DNA of 37,677 nt, from NCBI GenBank assembly GCA_001655205.1, contig LPNZ01011378.1, positions 1 through 37,677 on the forward strand, given 5' to 3'. Made by a program: the position numbers and the translations under genes. Positions 24,001 through 35,134 of this stretch are shown here, one piece after another (the first letter of the stretch is position 1; each line of letters starts with the position of its first letter). A model generated the notes under the pieces. It was not told the origin of the DNA. It did not search any database and saw only the letters and a program-made list of their open reading frames with translations. The stretch comes from Lenisia limosa. Lineage: Eukaryota; Protista; Breviatea.

Positions 24001-27000
24001 GCGGGGCTCTGTTTAGCTGTAATTGGAGCACACATTCGGTCGGTACCCTGATGGAAGTATTAATGCAGAATAATCAAATTTTCATATTTTGTAGCAAGAC
24101 AGTGTCAATTATATCTTCTCCAGTATTTTTGAAGTAAAGGGAAGCCAAGAATATGGGGAAGGGCTTGACTGTTTTCAGATATCAGTTGTGATTAGAAATT
24201 TATGTAAATACTTTTTTCTTATATTATTTTTGATGTATGGGAATTCCAAATGAAAACTCTACTAATAATGATTTTGAATATATCATAAGATGGTTTGAAA
24301 ATACTATTTTGCCAACGCCATTCATGCTGTACTAGCAATTGGTGAGTATCCTTCAATAACATCATAGCTGTCATATCAACCCACCACACAAGTCTGTTAA
24401 CTCCCCATAAGTCTGATAAGTTGCCCCTCACCGCACGAGTCCAGAGAATGAGCCGCAGTTGTGGGGATAAGTCTTCCTTGAGAACCGATAAGACAAACTC
24501 TTCATCAGAGTACTTGTCTTTTCCCAGGTAGTTTGTGTGTGCTGTAAATGTTACAATTGAACGGATTTATAAGACTGGTGAATTTTATGATGTGTTTCTT
24601 GACGTGCTTCATATTCAAACATAGCTTTTTACATATTGAAATAATAACTCTAAACTGTTACCTCCCACGTCTGTCAATGAAGTGTTGGGCATACCAGGCG
24701 CAGCTGAACCTGGAATACACCAGTTAGGAATAAAGAAAAAGGAGACGCAAGGGTAATTAATCCCCCCAAAATCTTCCGCTCCCCAAGACTGAAACCCCCA
24801 ACCCCTCACCCCACTCACTCGGCATTTTCCACCACTGCAGCAGACCCGAAGGAACTCTGTAAATGGGCCTGTCCGAGTTAATAGCAGAATATACCCCCAC
24901 GTCGTGAGTGTATAAAAATACTACTGAATCACATGTACATGTATACATTTATATTATTCAAATATAGATGTCACCCCACTTCATTTGTCGATCTGCCGTC
25001 CTCAATTCTCCAGCCTTCGACAGGTTTAATCAGAGTTGGCTGCTTCAACTCCCTATACTGTGATTAAAGCGTTTTTTTACAAATATTTTGAAATCAAACC
25101 ACCCTTCTATCAAAACCTAATTTACATTCTTTTCAAATTAAAAAAGTATAGAAACTGTAGCCAATTCAATCTCTAAAAATACAGTTAAGAAGATTGATCA
25201 TATATAGTATATTGAATTTTACTCCCCAAAATTAGTCACGTTTGTGAAAGCCAAACCAAATAACCATATTTTCCTCACAAGAAAATCTTTTTGTAGTTCT
25301 GGCGGTCAATTGCCCAACACACTACGTTGTTGCTTGCCTTGATTGATAAAGGAAAATATTCTATCATCGATAGAGTTAGACATTCAAGTCATCAAATTCC
25401 ACTGTAAGTAGGTTTTTATCTTTTTACCTACATTCATCCACTGTATTTCGAAGAGTTTATTTGTTGGGAATTATTGGTGGTGTTTTTCTGAGATCATAGT
25501 AATATCATTCCTATGAAAGCTACTCTCAAGTGTTCCTCACGAGATTTAGGTTTCAAATATAATATTTATTAGAGCTATATTCCAAGTGTTCCCACTGTAA
25601 CAGTAGCCGAGCGCATCATAGGTGCATTCAACGAGCGTTCACCAAAAGAATCTCCAGGACCTAAGGTGTGCGATGAATGATAATTGTGGTGTAATGAATT
25701 TTGTTTGGTGATATTTGTATTACAATTTAAAACAAAAGACATAATTAAAAGCAGAAAGAGTGAATAAGACTGACACCCCTCAAGAATGGGTATCAAATTA
25801 TCTAACATTTATACCAATATCTTAACGTTTATACCAATATCTTAACATTTATACCAATATCTAAACATTGCCAAATGGTCTTGTGAGTTAACACCCTCAA
25901 AGCTCGTTAAATGGTCACAATAACATTATGTATTGTTACGAGATTGAAATTTGGGGTGATACTGTTTTAATAAACATTGGCTATTTCAGTGTTCCTGAAT
26001 TGACGCTTCAAATAATTAGAGGTTAAAATCAATATTGGATTACCAAAACATTCATAATTGTCACCGTGTAGACGATCCCCTTTGAAACCTGCAGTGGTGG
26101 TGTTTGGCCTCCCCCACCAGCCCTGAAGACTTCTCTTGGAACGCCCTTGTCAACACTGACGGTAACGATGCAGTCTCTGAGACAATTAAAGAGCTAAATA
26201 CTGCAGACAGTTGGTACCGTGTCATGACACTGTTCTCGGGCCATAACTCTATACATCCACCATACCCTTGCTCCAAGAGGAAAAACTTATCTCCAATTGT
26301 ACCTAACACGTTAGAATAACTAACAATTTGAAAATGATGACCTACTTTGGAAGAGTATAACAGATTTTCTGTTGATGCTAAATGAAATGTACACATAAAT
26401 GGCTATTTGATACTTAGCATTTTATTGTATTATAATCTGAACTTTATTGAACCTGCCCAACCTTGTCTGATAAGAACAGAACCGGGACTAAAGTCTAGTC
26501 TGTTCATTGCTGCGAAAAGCTCCTCAATCTAATATGTAAGGAATGCGGAATATCACGAATGATTTCATCTTCACATTTAACAAATCCAATCAATACTTAT
26601 AATATTAATAAACAAATGAAAGCCACTCCAGGTTGAAACGGTTCAAACAGAGATTACCATGAGGTTTGTTAATTTGGTATGGACAATAATGGTATTCGGA
26701 ATCCCTTACTTATTCAAACATTCAACCAAATAAAAATATTTACCATTAATGAATAAGGTGTAGAAAATAAACGACAAACCTGTTCATCCTGCAAGTCCGC
26801 AAAGAACTTGTTGCGTTTGATCGACTAGAGAGATGAGGGCATTCCAAGCGGGGAAGTCCACAATACCTGATAGAGTAGCTGTTTTAGTTTCTCATCCATT
26901 TTGTGAGAGTTCTGCATGGCGAGAAAACCTTGAAGAGGACTTAAGCCTCAGGACAAATGCGGAAGTTCCACTTATTGAGAGTTTATTTGAATATTATACT

Positions 27001-27130
27001 AGTATATGGTGTTACGTAATGTGATATCAACTTTAAGAGTAAAATAGTGATGTTTACTGCGATTAAGTGCTGGTTTTGGTTTCCCTGGACGCCGGCGGGT
27101 ATATTCTCGGACAACTTCCTTATATTTCAT
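3908..27130 (-). CDS. Giant multidomain signalling protein: cNMP-binding, RapGAP, CNH, unknown region, REM, RA-like, CDC25 RasGEF (~75-80 exons; 5' end tentative)
   Basis: Manual exon chain with canonical GT-AG sites and compatible phases from 26824 to the stop TAA at 3908-3910; domain motifs are listed in the separate features. Least certain parts: start (ATG 27130 tentative), 18600-19010, 16600-16700 and 11400-11900, each of which has at least one phase-compatible path. Confidence 0.8.
6998..7050. repeat. Intronic direct duplication of TCGATATTGCCATTTTGTCATGTT (period 29)
   Basis: Identical 24-mers at 6998-7021 and 7027-7050. Confidence 0.9.
7073..7921 (-). other. RA/ubiquitin-like domain between REM and CDC25 domains
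   Basis: VRVFLTEIHGYRTIK|ISTDTKVSELIKQLQNKIDLTM|AESMMYTLFL matches the RA-fold pattern (beta-beta-alpha-beta). Confidence 0.7.
8408..9721 (-). other. REM (RasGEF N-terminal) domain of the giant gene
   Basis: GDSPIW...ISVSAASLNEIIHLT...ICKVLISTLPTYTTSKIFLTKLIELYSTPPP...LKARILCVLEWWMANFNYADFSYGTLDKVHSFI follows the REM consensus. Confidence 0.85.
13016..13932. mobile_element. MITE-like non-autonomous DNA element in an intron of the giant gene
   Basis: Left end CATATGCATGAACGGCTAAACCC...TATAAATCCCGATATTTTTATAAA (13016-13072) is the reverse complement of the right end (13884-13932), apart from an ~8-nt indel. The palindromic CATATG at both ends contains the possible target-site duplication. No transposase ORF is visible, though 13077-13347 is N. 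Confidence 0.8.
13404..13533. repeat. Near-perfect 55-bp inverted repeat (hairpin) with a 20-nt spacer inside the MITE-like element
   Basis: 13404-13458 aatgacgttagtaggctccagatatgaagcctgatattttgactgaaattaccaa versus the reverse complement of 13479-13533: one mismatch. Confidence 0.95.
16174..19794 (-). other. CNH (citron homology) beta-propeller domain of the giant gene
   Basis: YVFAAENGLYLF; IRDIHIAESLNTVFIVTGSNVFSYNL; FVAANKKLITIGTW; FLLCYNTAIGILVDSLGKPTRDFVFKWNAVPLGIVAVSQGFVEVRTLINGKLLQ; ESRSEFFISRFSQDYKHVVHK|IAF. These match the typical CNH blade motifs. Confidence 0.85.
18861..18968. repeat. 22-bp minisatellite, ~5 copies (ACACCTCCCTTGCCCTGATGGC)
   Basis: Directly visible tandem units with 1-3 differences each. 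Confidence 0.95.
20898..21000. repeat. Degenerate ~12-bp repeat (AAAGAGATTTAC) in an intron
   Basis: Multiple imperfect aaagagattt(a/t)c units. Confidence 0.7.
21102..21169. repeat. 22-bp tandem repeat x3 (CACATTCTAGCCCTTACCAAGT) overlapping a 5' splice site
   Basis: Units at 21102-21123, 21124-21145 and 21146-21169 (last has a 2-nt insertion). The RapGAP exon ends at 21165, inside the last unit. Confidence 0.95.
25279..26824 (-). other. Cyclic-nucleotide-binding (CNB) domain of the giant gene
   Basis: Six exons give SIKRNKFFADLQDEQ|IEELFAAMNRLDFSPGSVLIRQ|GTIGDKFFLLEQG|DCIVTVSVDKGVPREVFRA|GPGDSFGERSLNAPMMRSATVT|ASNNVVCWAIDRQNYKKIFL. This is a PKA-R/PKG-type CNB with phosphate-binding cassette FGE...RSAT (exon 25596-25660). 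Confidence 0.93.
25801..25868. repeat. 20-bp intronic tandem repeat, ~3.4 copies (CTTAACATTTATACCAATAT)
   Basis: Visible period of 20. Confidence 0.9.
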
Positions 27131-27303
27131 GAGATCCCGGGAAGTTATGGTTTATGTTTATTTGTTGCTGGGGAAGTAACTCAGCATGTTTGCACTATCA
27201 GATCAGTAAAAGTGATTAAAACCGTCACAAAATGTTTCTTAATTAATGAAATAGTACAAGAATTATAAATATAGTTACATTACTTTGCAAAATACCGCTT
27301 GAG
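27131..27303. promoter_or_regulatory. Putative short divergent (bidirectional) promoter between the giant gene and the secreted propeller gene
   Basis: Head-to-head arrangement. The length depends on the tentative ATG at 27130; no specific promoter motifs were identified. Confidence 0.4.
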
Positions 27304-30300
27304 ATGCTTATGCTGCTTATCTCGCTTTTATCTCTCCTGTTGATTCCAACAGTGAGGGGGGAACCACCAGTTAAAGTTGGCAGTAATAATGAAGTCTTTG
27401 TTGACGACTTGATTGTCAAGAACAGTTTTTCGTTTGTCGGAAGTAGTACCAACACCTTCATTGTAAGCGATGGTGCTCTCCTGTTCATCAAGCATCATAA
27501 CTTCTCATATTCATTGAAATGAGAAAGATCCCGTGGTCTTATAGCTTTAGGCCTCTTGTTCAGCATCTACCGTCGGAGCTTGTAAGTGGGATCATGGATA
27601 CTTTAACAATCATGTTGAGTACCTTGGTGTCATGTTCCTCTATTTTGATTTACTTGTTTATTGATAGGCAGAAAAGCTCTATTTAAGAAGATTGCTGGAT
27701 ATATTTTGGCAATTCAATTGGAGAAAGTAGCAAAAATTCCACATCATTAAACAACTCCCCGCATCTTTCTGATCTTACCAAGAAACTTGTTACATGCCCA
27801 CCTATAGACTTCCTTCAATGGAGAGATTTTATTTTAAGAATTTTGGAGATTTTACTGGCTTTTCTCAGAAACCCCTCTCTTCATGATGATTGATTGGTTC
27901 CTGTTTTTGTCATTTGAATTTCTGCAATCATACTCTTGATTAACTCTTTGTCGATTTTATAAGACTAAGATAGTTCTAAAATAAAGCATTCATCCTGAGG
28001 GGATCTGAGAATCATTGATAATTGCAAGTCACTTGTCATATACGAATATTACTATGGGAAATGCGAGTTGAATTGGTGTATTCATATGACTGAAATATGG
28101 TGTCAGCTTACTCAACTCACAACATTTCAGCGTGCATGGGTGTGCCAAAGAGGGAAAGGCTAATCACTCCTAAAAATGGTTTGCTGGGTTGAGGAAAACG
28201 TGCTTTATTTTGGGAATGAAGGTATTGATCAGTGATGGTTATTTCTGGTCTTGTCCACCAATAATAATGAAAACTTGGTTAAGTACAGATTCATTACTTC
28301 ATAACAATGCCCCCCCCTTTTATTGTTGTCAAAAACAGCGTAAATCACTGTCGTTTCTGTTGGAACAAAAGAATAACCGCGCGATAACGACTACAGCTGA
28401 CCTGAATCACTACAACATGGCCATCAATAAGAAGGGTGATATTTTTAGGGCCACCTACAGCGCTCTTCGTAAGCTTTTTGGGGTTAGAGATTCTTGGGGT
28501 TACTACAGTTGTGTGATTGGTTACACCAAATCGGATAGTTAATCAGGTACTAATGGAGAATATGGCCTCTCTAACATGTTCAGATATGCTTTCCTCAATA
28601 CACTCCAATATTCTGATCCCTTTTGTTGGTAATCATATTATAGTGCCTCACTTTAACAACTCAATCATATCTTGTTAGTAATAACCTGACTGTAGATGAA
28701 AGAATTTTCTTTTATAAAGTACCATTTTTAATTGGTCCAGCTGGACGGCCCACCCACGAGTGTACACTCCAACGCTTCAATGCCGACAAGGCCTACGAGG
28801 AGCTCTCATGCTGCCTTCCTTTCGGTTTGTTGGAATCCTTGTGAGTGAAAGTGTATTAATGATGAAGGGGTGTTGCTGGTGATGAAGAGGTGTTGCTGTT
28901 GGCATATTGTTACATTGTATGTTGTCTTACCATGACAGAATCTCTGAAAAATTTCTTTCTCATCTTTGGATATGACGGTGGTGTACGCAGTTTTTGCTGT
29001 TCAAAAGCGTCACCTCTTTCAGAAAACGTCTATGCGGTCTCTCTCGACATCTTCCACGAAACGGGCGAGTTCGTTGTTATGGACCGCAATAGAACACAGG
29101 TATGGGGTAAAATGAGAGTTGTGGGGGGGAGGCTTGTATGGAGGAAAAAGAGGCTGTCAGGGCAACCATAGTTTTATTCTTGGCTTCCAGTAAAGACTAT
29201 CAAGCATTGATAATAATGCCGATTTCTGCCTCCAAAAGCACGGATCCACTCACACCCAGGTCCTCCTCTATCCCGAAGGTTCCGACGGCTGTCCCTCGGG
29301 CACGCCGACTGTGCTGGCCACTCTGGGCGATCCGGGCCTTGTTTTTAACGTCACTGAATTGGGAACACCTTTGTATGGGGGGGGGGGGGTATAANNNNNN
29401 NNNNNNNNNNNNNNNNNNNNNNNNNNNNNNNNNNNNNNNNNNNNNNNNNNNNNNNNNNNNNNNNNNNNNNNNNNNNNNNGTCCGAAGCCACAATTAACTC
29501 GAGCTTTTTTATTCCAATTATTGTCCATTTTTACCCCGCTGCCCACCTTATAACAACCAACAATTCACGGATCCAGCTACCTTGTTTGGACCGTGCACTT
29601 CGACCAGGATACTGGGCACGTTCGATTCTGCACCCAGAAAACCGCGGAATGTACAATTGTGGGCGGGAGGAGGTCCCTGTCTGCTGCTTGTGGGAGGAGG
29701 AGGGTAGGCATTTTTTTTGTTTTTTTTGGGGGTGAGGGTCCTAAATGTGGTTTGCTGTATTTCATAATAACCCTCACATTTAAGATTACTCGCTATATGA
29801 ACGGCACTTACGCGGCGCCCGAAATCTTCTACAAAGGAAATACCACTGAGGAGGGCTACTATGTTAGGGGGTCAATTTTTTGAGGAAGAGGGTATTGTGT
29901 ATTATGTTGCCCATTCCGACATTTCAATTGATCTGATTAATGTTCCGCAACTCCCCGTATTGACGTCAATAGTGAAATATACAGATTGCTGGCAATTCAA
30001 TAATATAATATTAATTACCGAAAATCAATAATGTAATATAGATTACTAACATTTCAACAATATCATGTACAGCAGTGGTATTTCAAAAATAGTTTTCAGC
30101 TAATTGACATTCAAGGAGGCTTTGCGCGATGTTTCATTCGACCCTTTCACTCGCGAAATCTTCATCAACAACCACGGTAATATCTCGTATGTTGGGAAAA
30201 GAGCGCATGGGCAGCTTATAATCAGGCCATTGCATATTTTAAAAGAAGCATAAAATCTGGAACAAACCCAAATGATTGCTTCTTGCAGCCGTTTATAAAC

Positions 30301-31449
30301 ATTACCCTCCGTAGAAGCGTGATTCACATGAAACCCTTAGTCCTTGAGCCGAAATACCAGGAGGTACGGCGGATGACAGGTCGTGAAAATGACCAAAAAG
30401 TGATATGTTCCTTTTCACTTATCACACCCTACAGGACTACGAAATTGTTCAGACACCCACAAAATACCTTCCGCTTAGCATGAGCTACATTCCAAAGACT
30501 AGAGTAGGACAATTGGAAGTTAAATGTTGTAAGACAATAACCTAGGTGTATTCTAAGGAATCAAATGCAATATTATAAACAAGAATTATGTCCAACTGCT
30601 CTACCTTAGTCTGAGCCATAATCTAATATGCATGTTTAATTTGTCTCACATTTTAGGAAATTATTTATGGGCACTTTGAGGTCAGACACTTCAACCTCGA
30701 GCTTATGAACATTGAAAATGGAATTGTGAGTGGAGAGGGGGGTGGGGGGTGGGTGCTAGGGAGAATAGCGATATAAATACACGGATACACACAGATGAAT
30801 ACTATCTTTAAAACAGAATTTGTTATTCTTTCCATGAGAAAATATACCATTTTGACTGACGTCGTAGACCCGTGAAGTCTTTCTTCCAGTCGAACGTGTT
30901 TTTATCATGGGTGTGACATATAGCCCAAAANNNNNNNNNNNNNNNNNNNNNNNNNNNNNNNNNNNNNNNNNNNNNNNNNNNNNNNNNNNNNNNNNNNNNN
31001 NNNNNNNNNNNNNNNNNNNNNNNNNNNNNNNNNNNNNNNNNNNNNNNNNNNNNNNNNNNNNNNNNNNNNNNNNNNNNNNNNNNNNNNNNNNNNNNNNNNN
31101 ATTATCTGACGTTCCAGTCGTCAACAGTGGTAGTGAGCAATCTCCGTGGCGAAATCACCATTATTGACCTCTTCAATGAACAGAAGGTAAACTGCTTTAA
31201 ACTATTTACCTGTTTTATTAAACCTTTCTTACATGTTCAGGTGAGCCCCGGCTACTGCTCAACTCAGAGTGAGTGCGTGGTCTCATTGTGAGCATGTGTA
31301 TGTTTGTGTGTCCTTAACTAATTTGACCTCTTTTCGTATATCAGTATTTATGTATTTCCTCAGCCATAATCAAAGGGAAAGTAAGTGCCAATAATACCAA
31401 AATGGTTGAAATACCTTGTCGAAACCGCCCGCGCCATTATGGTAACTAA
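27304..31449 (+). CDS. Putative secreted protein with NHL-like beta-propeller repeats (spliced; middle exons and 3' end uncertain)
   Basis: Signal-peptide-like start MLMLLISLLSLLLIPTVRG with donor at 27463 and exon 27551-27581 (ASCSASTVGA). A later phase-consistent run reads ENVYAVSLDIFHETGEFVVMDRNRTQ|VLLYPEGSDG...|YLVWTVHFDQDTGHVRFCTQ...|EALRDVSFDPFTREIFINNHGNIS|...LSMSYIPKTR|EIIYGHF, with repeated 'V-S-x-D-x2-T-G/R-x-hydrophobic' blades. Confidence 0.6.
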
Positions 31450-31551
31450 TTTACCCATTCATTTGCTCTCATACCCCTTCAATAAGTACCACAATACAAA
31501 AGCTACATTTTCCTGTCTATACCATAACCCCTCCCCCCTATTGTAGCGTCA

Positions 31552-34500
31552 CTACAAATTATAGTATGTTTGCTGGTAGTAAATGTTTCCTGGCTCGTAG
31601 ACGGGGGTGTAGTTCCAGATCAGCAGCCCATCAGTCACACTTGAATGCTGGTAAAATGAGAAAAATGAGATTTGATAGCGGATCAACCCCTGTCGATCTT
31701 AAACATCCCCTTCCACCTTGGCACTACCATTCCGGGCTTGGTCAACAAAAAACTTAGCAAACGACTGATTAACCTAAGGTGTGAGGCAGATAGAGGTTCA
31801 TTATGTTCTTTTTTTTGTATTAGAATACAAAAAGTGCATTTCAGATACTATTTTTGATGAAAACAAATTTCTTAGACATATTAGAATGACGACTTTACCA
31901 AGATCAGATATAAAAAATGTCAATTGATATCGAGATAGCCTTAATTATGCTCAAAAATATAAAAAAAGACCCACAACAAACAGAAGACAGATACTCATCC
32001 CATGTGGTCACAGACCATCCCTAACGGCCTGACACCCCCTAACTTGGATAGCTATCGCAGATCTGTTTATATGGTTCTTCGTTGTGTACTCGAAGGGAAC
32101 CTGAGGAAATAAGACTATCAGAGGTTAAAAGACTTTTAGTGAGGTGAGAAGACAACAAGAAGAATTAATTCAGATTCTTATGCTATTCAAAAAGTATTCC
32201 GTGCAATCCAAAAATAAATGTGAAGCTTAGGTCGTTCAGAGAAATCCATAATACAATCCACATCTCTGATTATAAAAAAGAAAATAATGGGAAAAATACA
32301 AACATACCATTTCGGGGTGGAATTGTGTTCCCCAATAAGGCCGATCAATGCCCTGATTTAGTCAAAAAAAAAACAGGTCAAAAATGGATTAGGTGAATTA
32401 TGTGGAATCCCTGTTATCAAAAGGGCTATTTGGTACCAACAACCCATTTAAAGAACTAGAGAACATATAAAAACAATACTGAAATACAAGAACAAACACT
32501 GTGATTACAAAATATGCCTTATACCCCCCCCCCCCCNNNNNNNNNNNNNNNNNNNNNNNNNNNNNNNNNNNNNNNNNNNNNNNNNNNNNNNNNNNNNNNN
32601 NNNNNNNNNNNNNNNNNNNNNNNNNNTCTCGCCATTTAGGTCATTATTTGTCGTCAGTGGGGTTAGAATGGACCTGAAAAATCAGATGATGATGATGATG
32701 ATGATGATGTGTGTGTGTGTTTGGGTTAAATAAAGTCACGGGCGTAAAAATATCTGAAAAAAACACTTGCACCTACCCAAGAACCGGGTTTGTCACAAAT
32801 GTGTTGGGATGGATTCCACCGCGGTGGGTGTTGAGAAAAAGGCTCTCATGCTGTATAACCTGGACTTGGATGATCGGCTGATAACCTTGAATTATACCAC
32901 GTAAGACGACTGTACGATACACATATAGATGCCCAATAGCTGTGTAATTCACCCGTCTACTATATATATAAACTCCTTACCTCTCTTGTCATGCTATCCA
33001 TGGACTGGCCAATGACACTAGTTTTGAAGCCCTGAAAGTAAAATTTTTGAAAACGAATTGTATTGCTATTTTATGGCATCTCTTTGTATTTTTCTTGTCC
33101 CTAGACGCTCACAAATGGAAAATACCCCTGTGTATATTTGTATCACTAGAAGTGGATTTTTTTCAAAGCGAGTAATTGCTACATACATGTAATATGTGTA
33201 TGATACACCATGTCTGAAAAACATACTGCTTTGATCCCAAACGCCTCAAAATAACCAAAATAACAACGTCATCCCACAGCAACCTCATATATATCACAAA
33301 ATAAACCCATAATCCCCAAATCAGCCCCAAACATCCATGAGGGTGAGCGACAGCGTCTGGTCCCATGATTCATAGGCGCCAAGAATTGAGGTGTTCATGT
33401 GTGCCAAGCCAATTGCAATACTCTCATAGCCCATACCTGGTATGTCATGCTTGGATATGGTAGATATCCAATTAATTATCATATATTTATAGCTGCATAC
33501 AAAAAACAACGTTTTACGAATCTGAGTTTTGAGTTTGGATCACAATACGGCAACCAATCAGCTTCGACATCATGACAGCCATCCCCCCCCCCCCCCCNNN
33601 NNNNNNNNNNNNNNNNNNNNNNNNNNNNNNNNNNNNNNNNNNNNNNNNNNNNNNNNNNNNNNNNNNNNNNNNNNNNNNNNNNNNNNNNNNNNNNNNNNNA
33701 CAACGGTGTTGACAAAAGAACGGTAGCGCTGGTGCTTCTCCAGAATGGTCAAGTCCCCTCCGGGGAATTGGACACTATAAGAGGGTTAAAACAAGGACAT
33801 ATCTTCAATCCATTTAATGTGAATCTAGCACTAATGAAGAGACCGATGCAACTGATATGATATCCTTGTTCTATTAATCTCTCACTACCCATAATCAAAT
33901 GCGGCGGTGATCTCATTTTCACCCCAGAAAGATATTACCGACATTGCATCAAATTCACAAAACGATTACTTACAATAGTGGAATGGTGCAATTGAATAAA
34001 ACATACCCGTCAATATGAGGCAGAATTCCATCTAGCTCATCTTTCTCCATTGAATACTTCAGTACCTGAATGAATGAACAAATATATCATATCATACATA
34101 TGGATATTTATTATGATATATATAGTATATATTATATATATATAATATATGCATATCGATATTGATTATATTATATAAATAGCTATCGTATACTATATAT
34201 TGTACTATTTCCAGACATTTTATAATTAGGATACATGTATATCTAGCAGAACTTCATGGAATTATAGTTTTGAAAAATTGTTTCTCAACATTAGCAATTA
34301 AAGTCGTGTAGAAGCAATACGTCTCACTTCAATTGTGAAATCACTTGTTGTTTGAACTAAAGAAACCTCTTTGATATACTATATGTATGACCCTCAAGCA
34401 CACCATTTTTCATATGACCGCCCTACCACTACACGGGCGCCTGCGCCTTCCAGCCACTTCACATAACTGGCGGCAATGAAGGGGCTGGAGTACTCATCTT

Positions 34501-34879
34501 CGGCATGCAGGGGCTGGTCGGGGTGAAAGCAAAATAGGTTCTTAACTGCTCTTGAAATTATGAACATATTCAAAATTAATGATTATAAATATATACTTTA
34601 CGAATGGAGAAATAATTAAGGGGGCATCAGGCTGAAGCCGTCCATTTCAGTATATAAGTGTTACTAGTTTAGAGAGCAATTCATAAAGTATGAACAATGT
34701 TTTATTTGAGTGCGCAACTCGGATAACAACGGCAGTTGAAATGTTGTGTTTCAGCATACTTGAGCAACAAGACCAATAATTGGGTCAGCTTTTGGTGCAT
34801 TGAAGCCTGCTATCATTGGTATTAATAGAACTGAGAGGAAAAGGCCTAGAATAGGCATGCTACGCGAGAAAGACAGCAT
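31552..34879 (-). CDS. GGH: Gamma-glutamyl hydrolase (peptidase C26, class I glutamine amidotransferase fold) with signal peptide
   Basis: MLSFSRSMPILGLFLSVLLIPMIAG..DPIIGLVAQ|..FIAASYVKWLEGAGARVV|VLKY..IDG|VQFPGG..[exon in N gap]..(T|GT=C)MGYE..LFLNTHRGGIHP..YWGTQFHPEM (32308-32352)|VPFEY..AIAIQ|SFAKFFVDQAR..LLIWNYTPVY..QQTYYNL*. Catalytic His (FHPE) is seen. The Cys codon is inferred to be split by the intron upstream of 33436. Confidence 0.95.
32686..32720. repeat. Compound microsatellite (GAT)n-(GT)n
   Basis: gatgatgatgatgatgatgatgatgtgtgtgtgtgt in a GGH intron. Confidence 0.9.
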
Positions 34880-35134
34880 TTTTGACTCAGTTCGCTGGTT
34901 TTCCCCGATATTTCTTATGATTGCCTTATTAACAGTATAAAAGACTCGGAATCAGCTCCAAACACGCGCCAAGCACTCCAAATCAGCTCATGCAGCCAAT
35001 GTTAAATATTGCATTTGTTGCATAATTTACATGTACTTGACCTCAAAATTCAAAAAAATCAGCAGACACACAAGTTCAACAGCAGTAGATTCTAATAACC
35101 CTTTCCTTCCTATTTCTCTACGCCATTATCAAAA
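34880..35134. promoter_or_regulatory. Putative divergent promoter between GGH and NCAPH
   Basis: Head-to-head starts ~255 bp apart; the NCAPH ATG is tentative. Confidence 0.4.

Larger units (their letters stand above)
20721..25052 (-). other. Rap-GAP domain (Rap1GAP/GARNL3 family) of the giant gene
   Basis: Motifs GWRIE, WYAQHF..PHTNYLG, YKFGVVWQHDGQTEEEQIYNN, AFNQFLTFMGDRISLLGWSKFRAGLD, TGTESVYMEWSGYEIMSHVAPLLPY..DLQQ|IERKRHIGNDICVVVYQ (exon 22141-22191, catalytic Asn present), SQFNHLFVVV, RVAVAVKDNVPAFGPSLP, FLIAKLVNGERA. Confidence 0.96.

Noticed and set aside
27370-27480. Minus-strand reading ESTIAYNEG...LDNQVVNKDFIIT (VIT/vWA-like)
   Set aside because: It overlaps the plus-strand signal-peptide exon, which has a strong donor and a phase-matched next exon; no further vWA exons were found.
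31560-31790. Plus-strand continuation of the propeller gene (VNVSWLVDGG..., ADQPLSILN...)
   Set aside because: Antisense of the last two GGH exons (SFAKFFVDQAR; LLIWNYTPVY).
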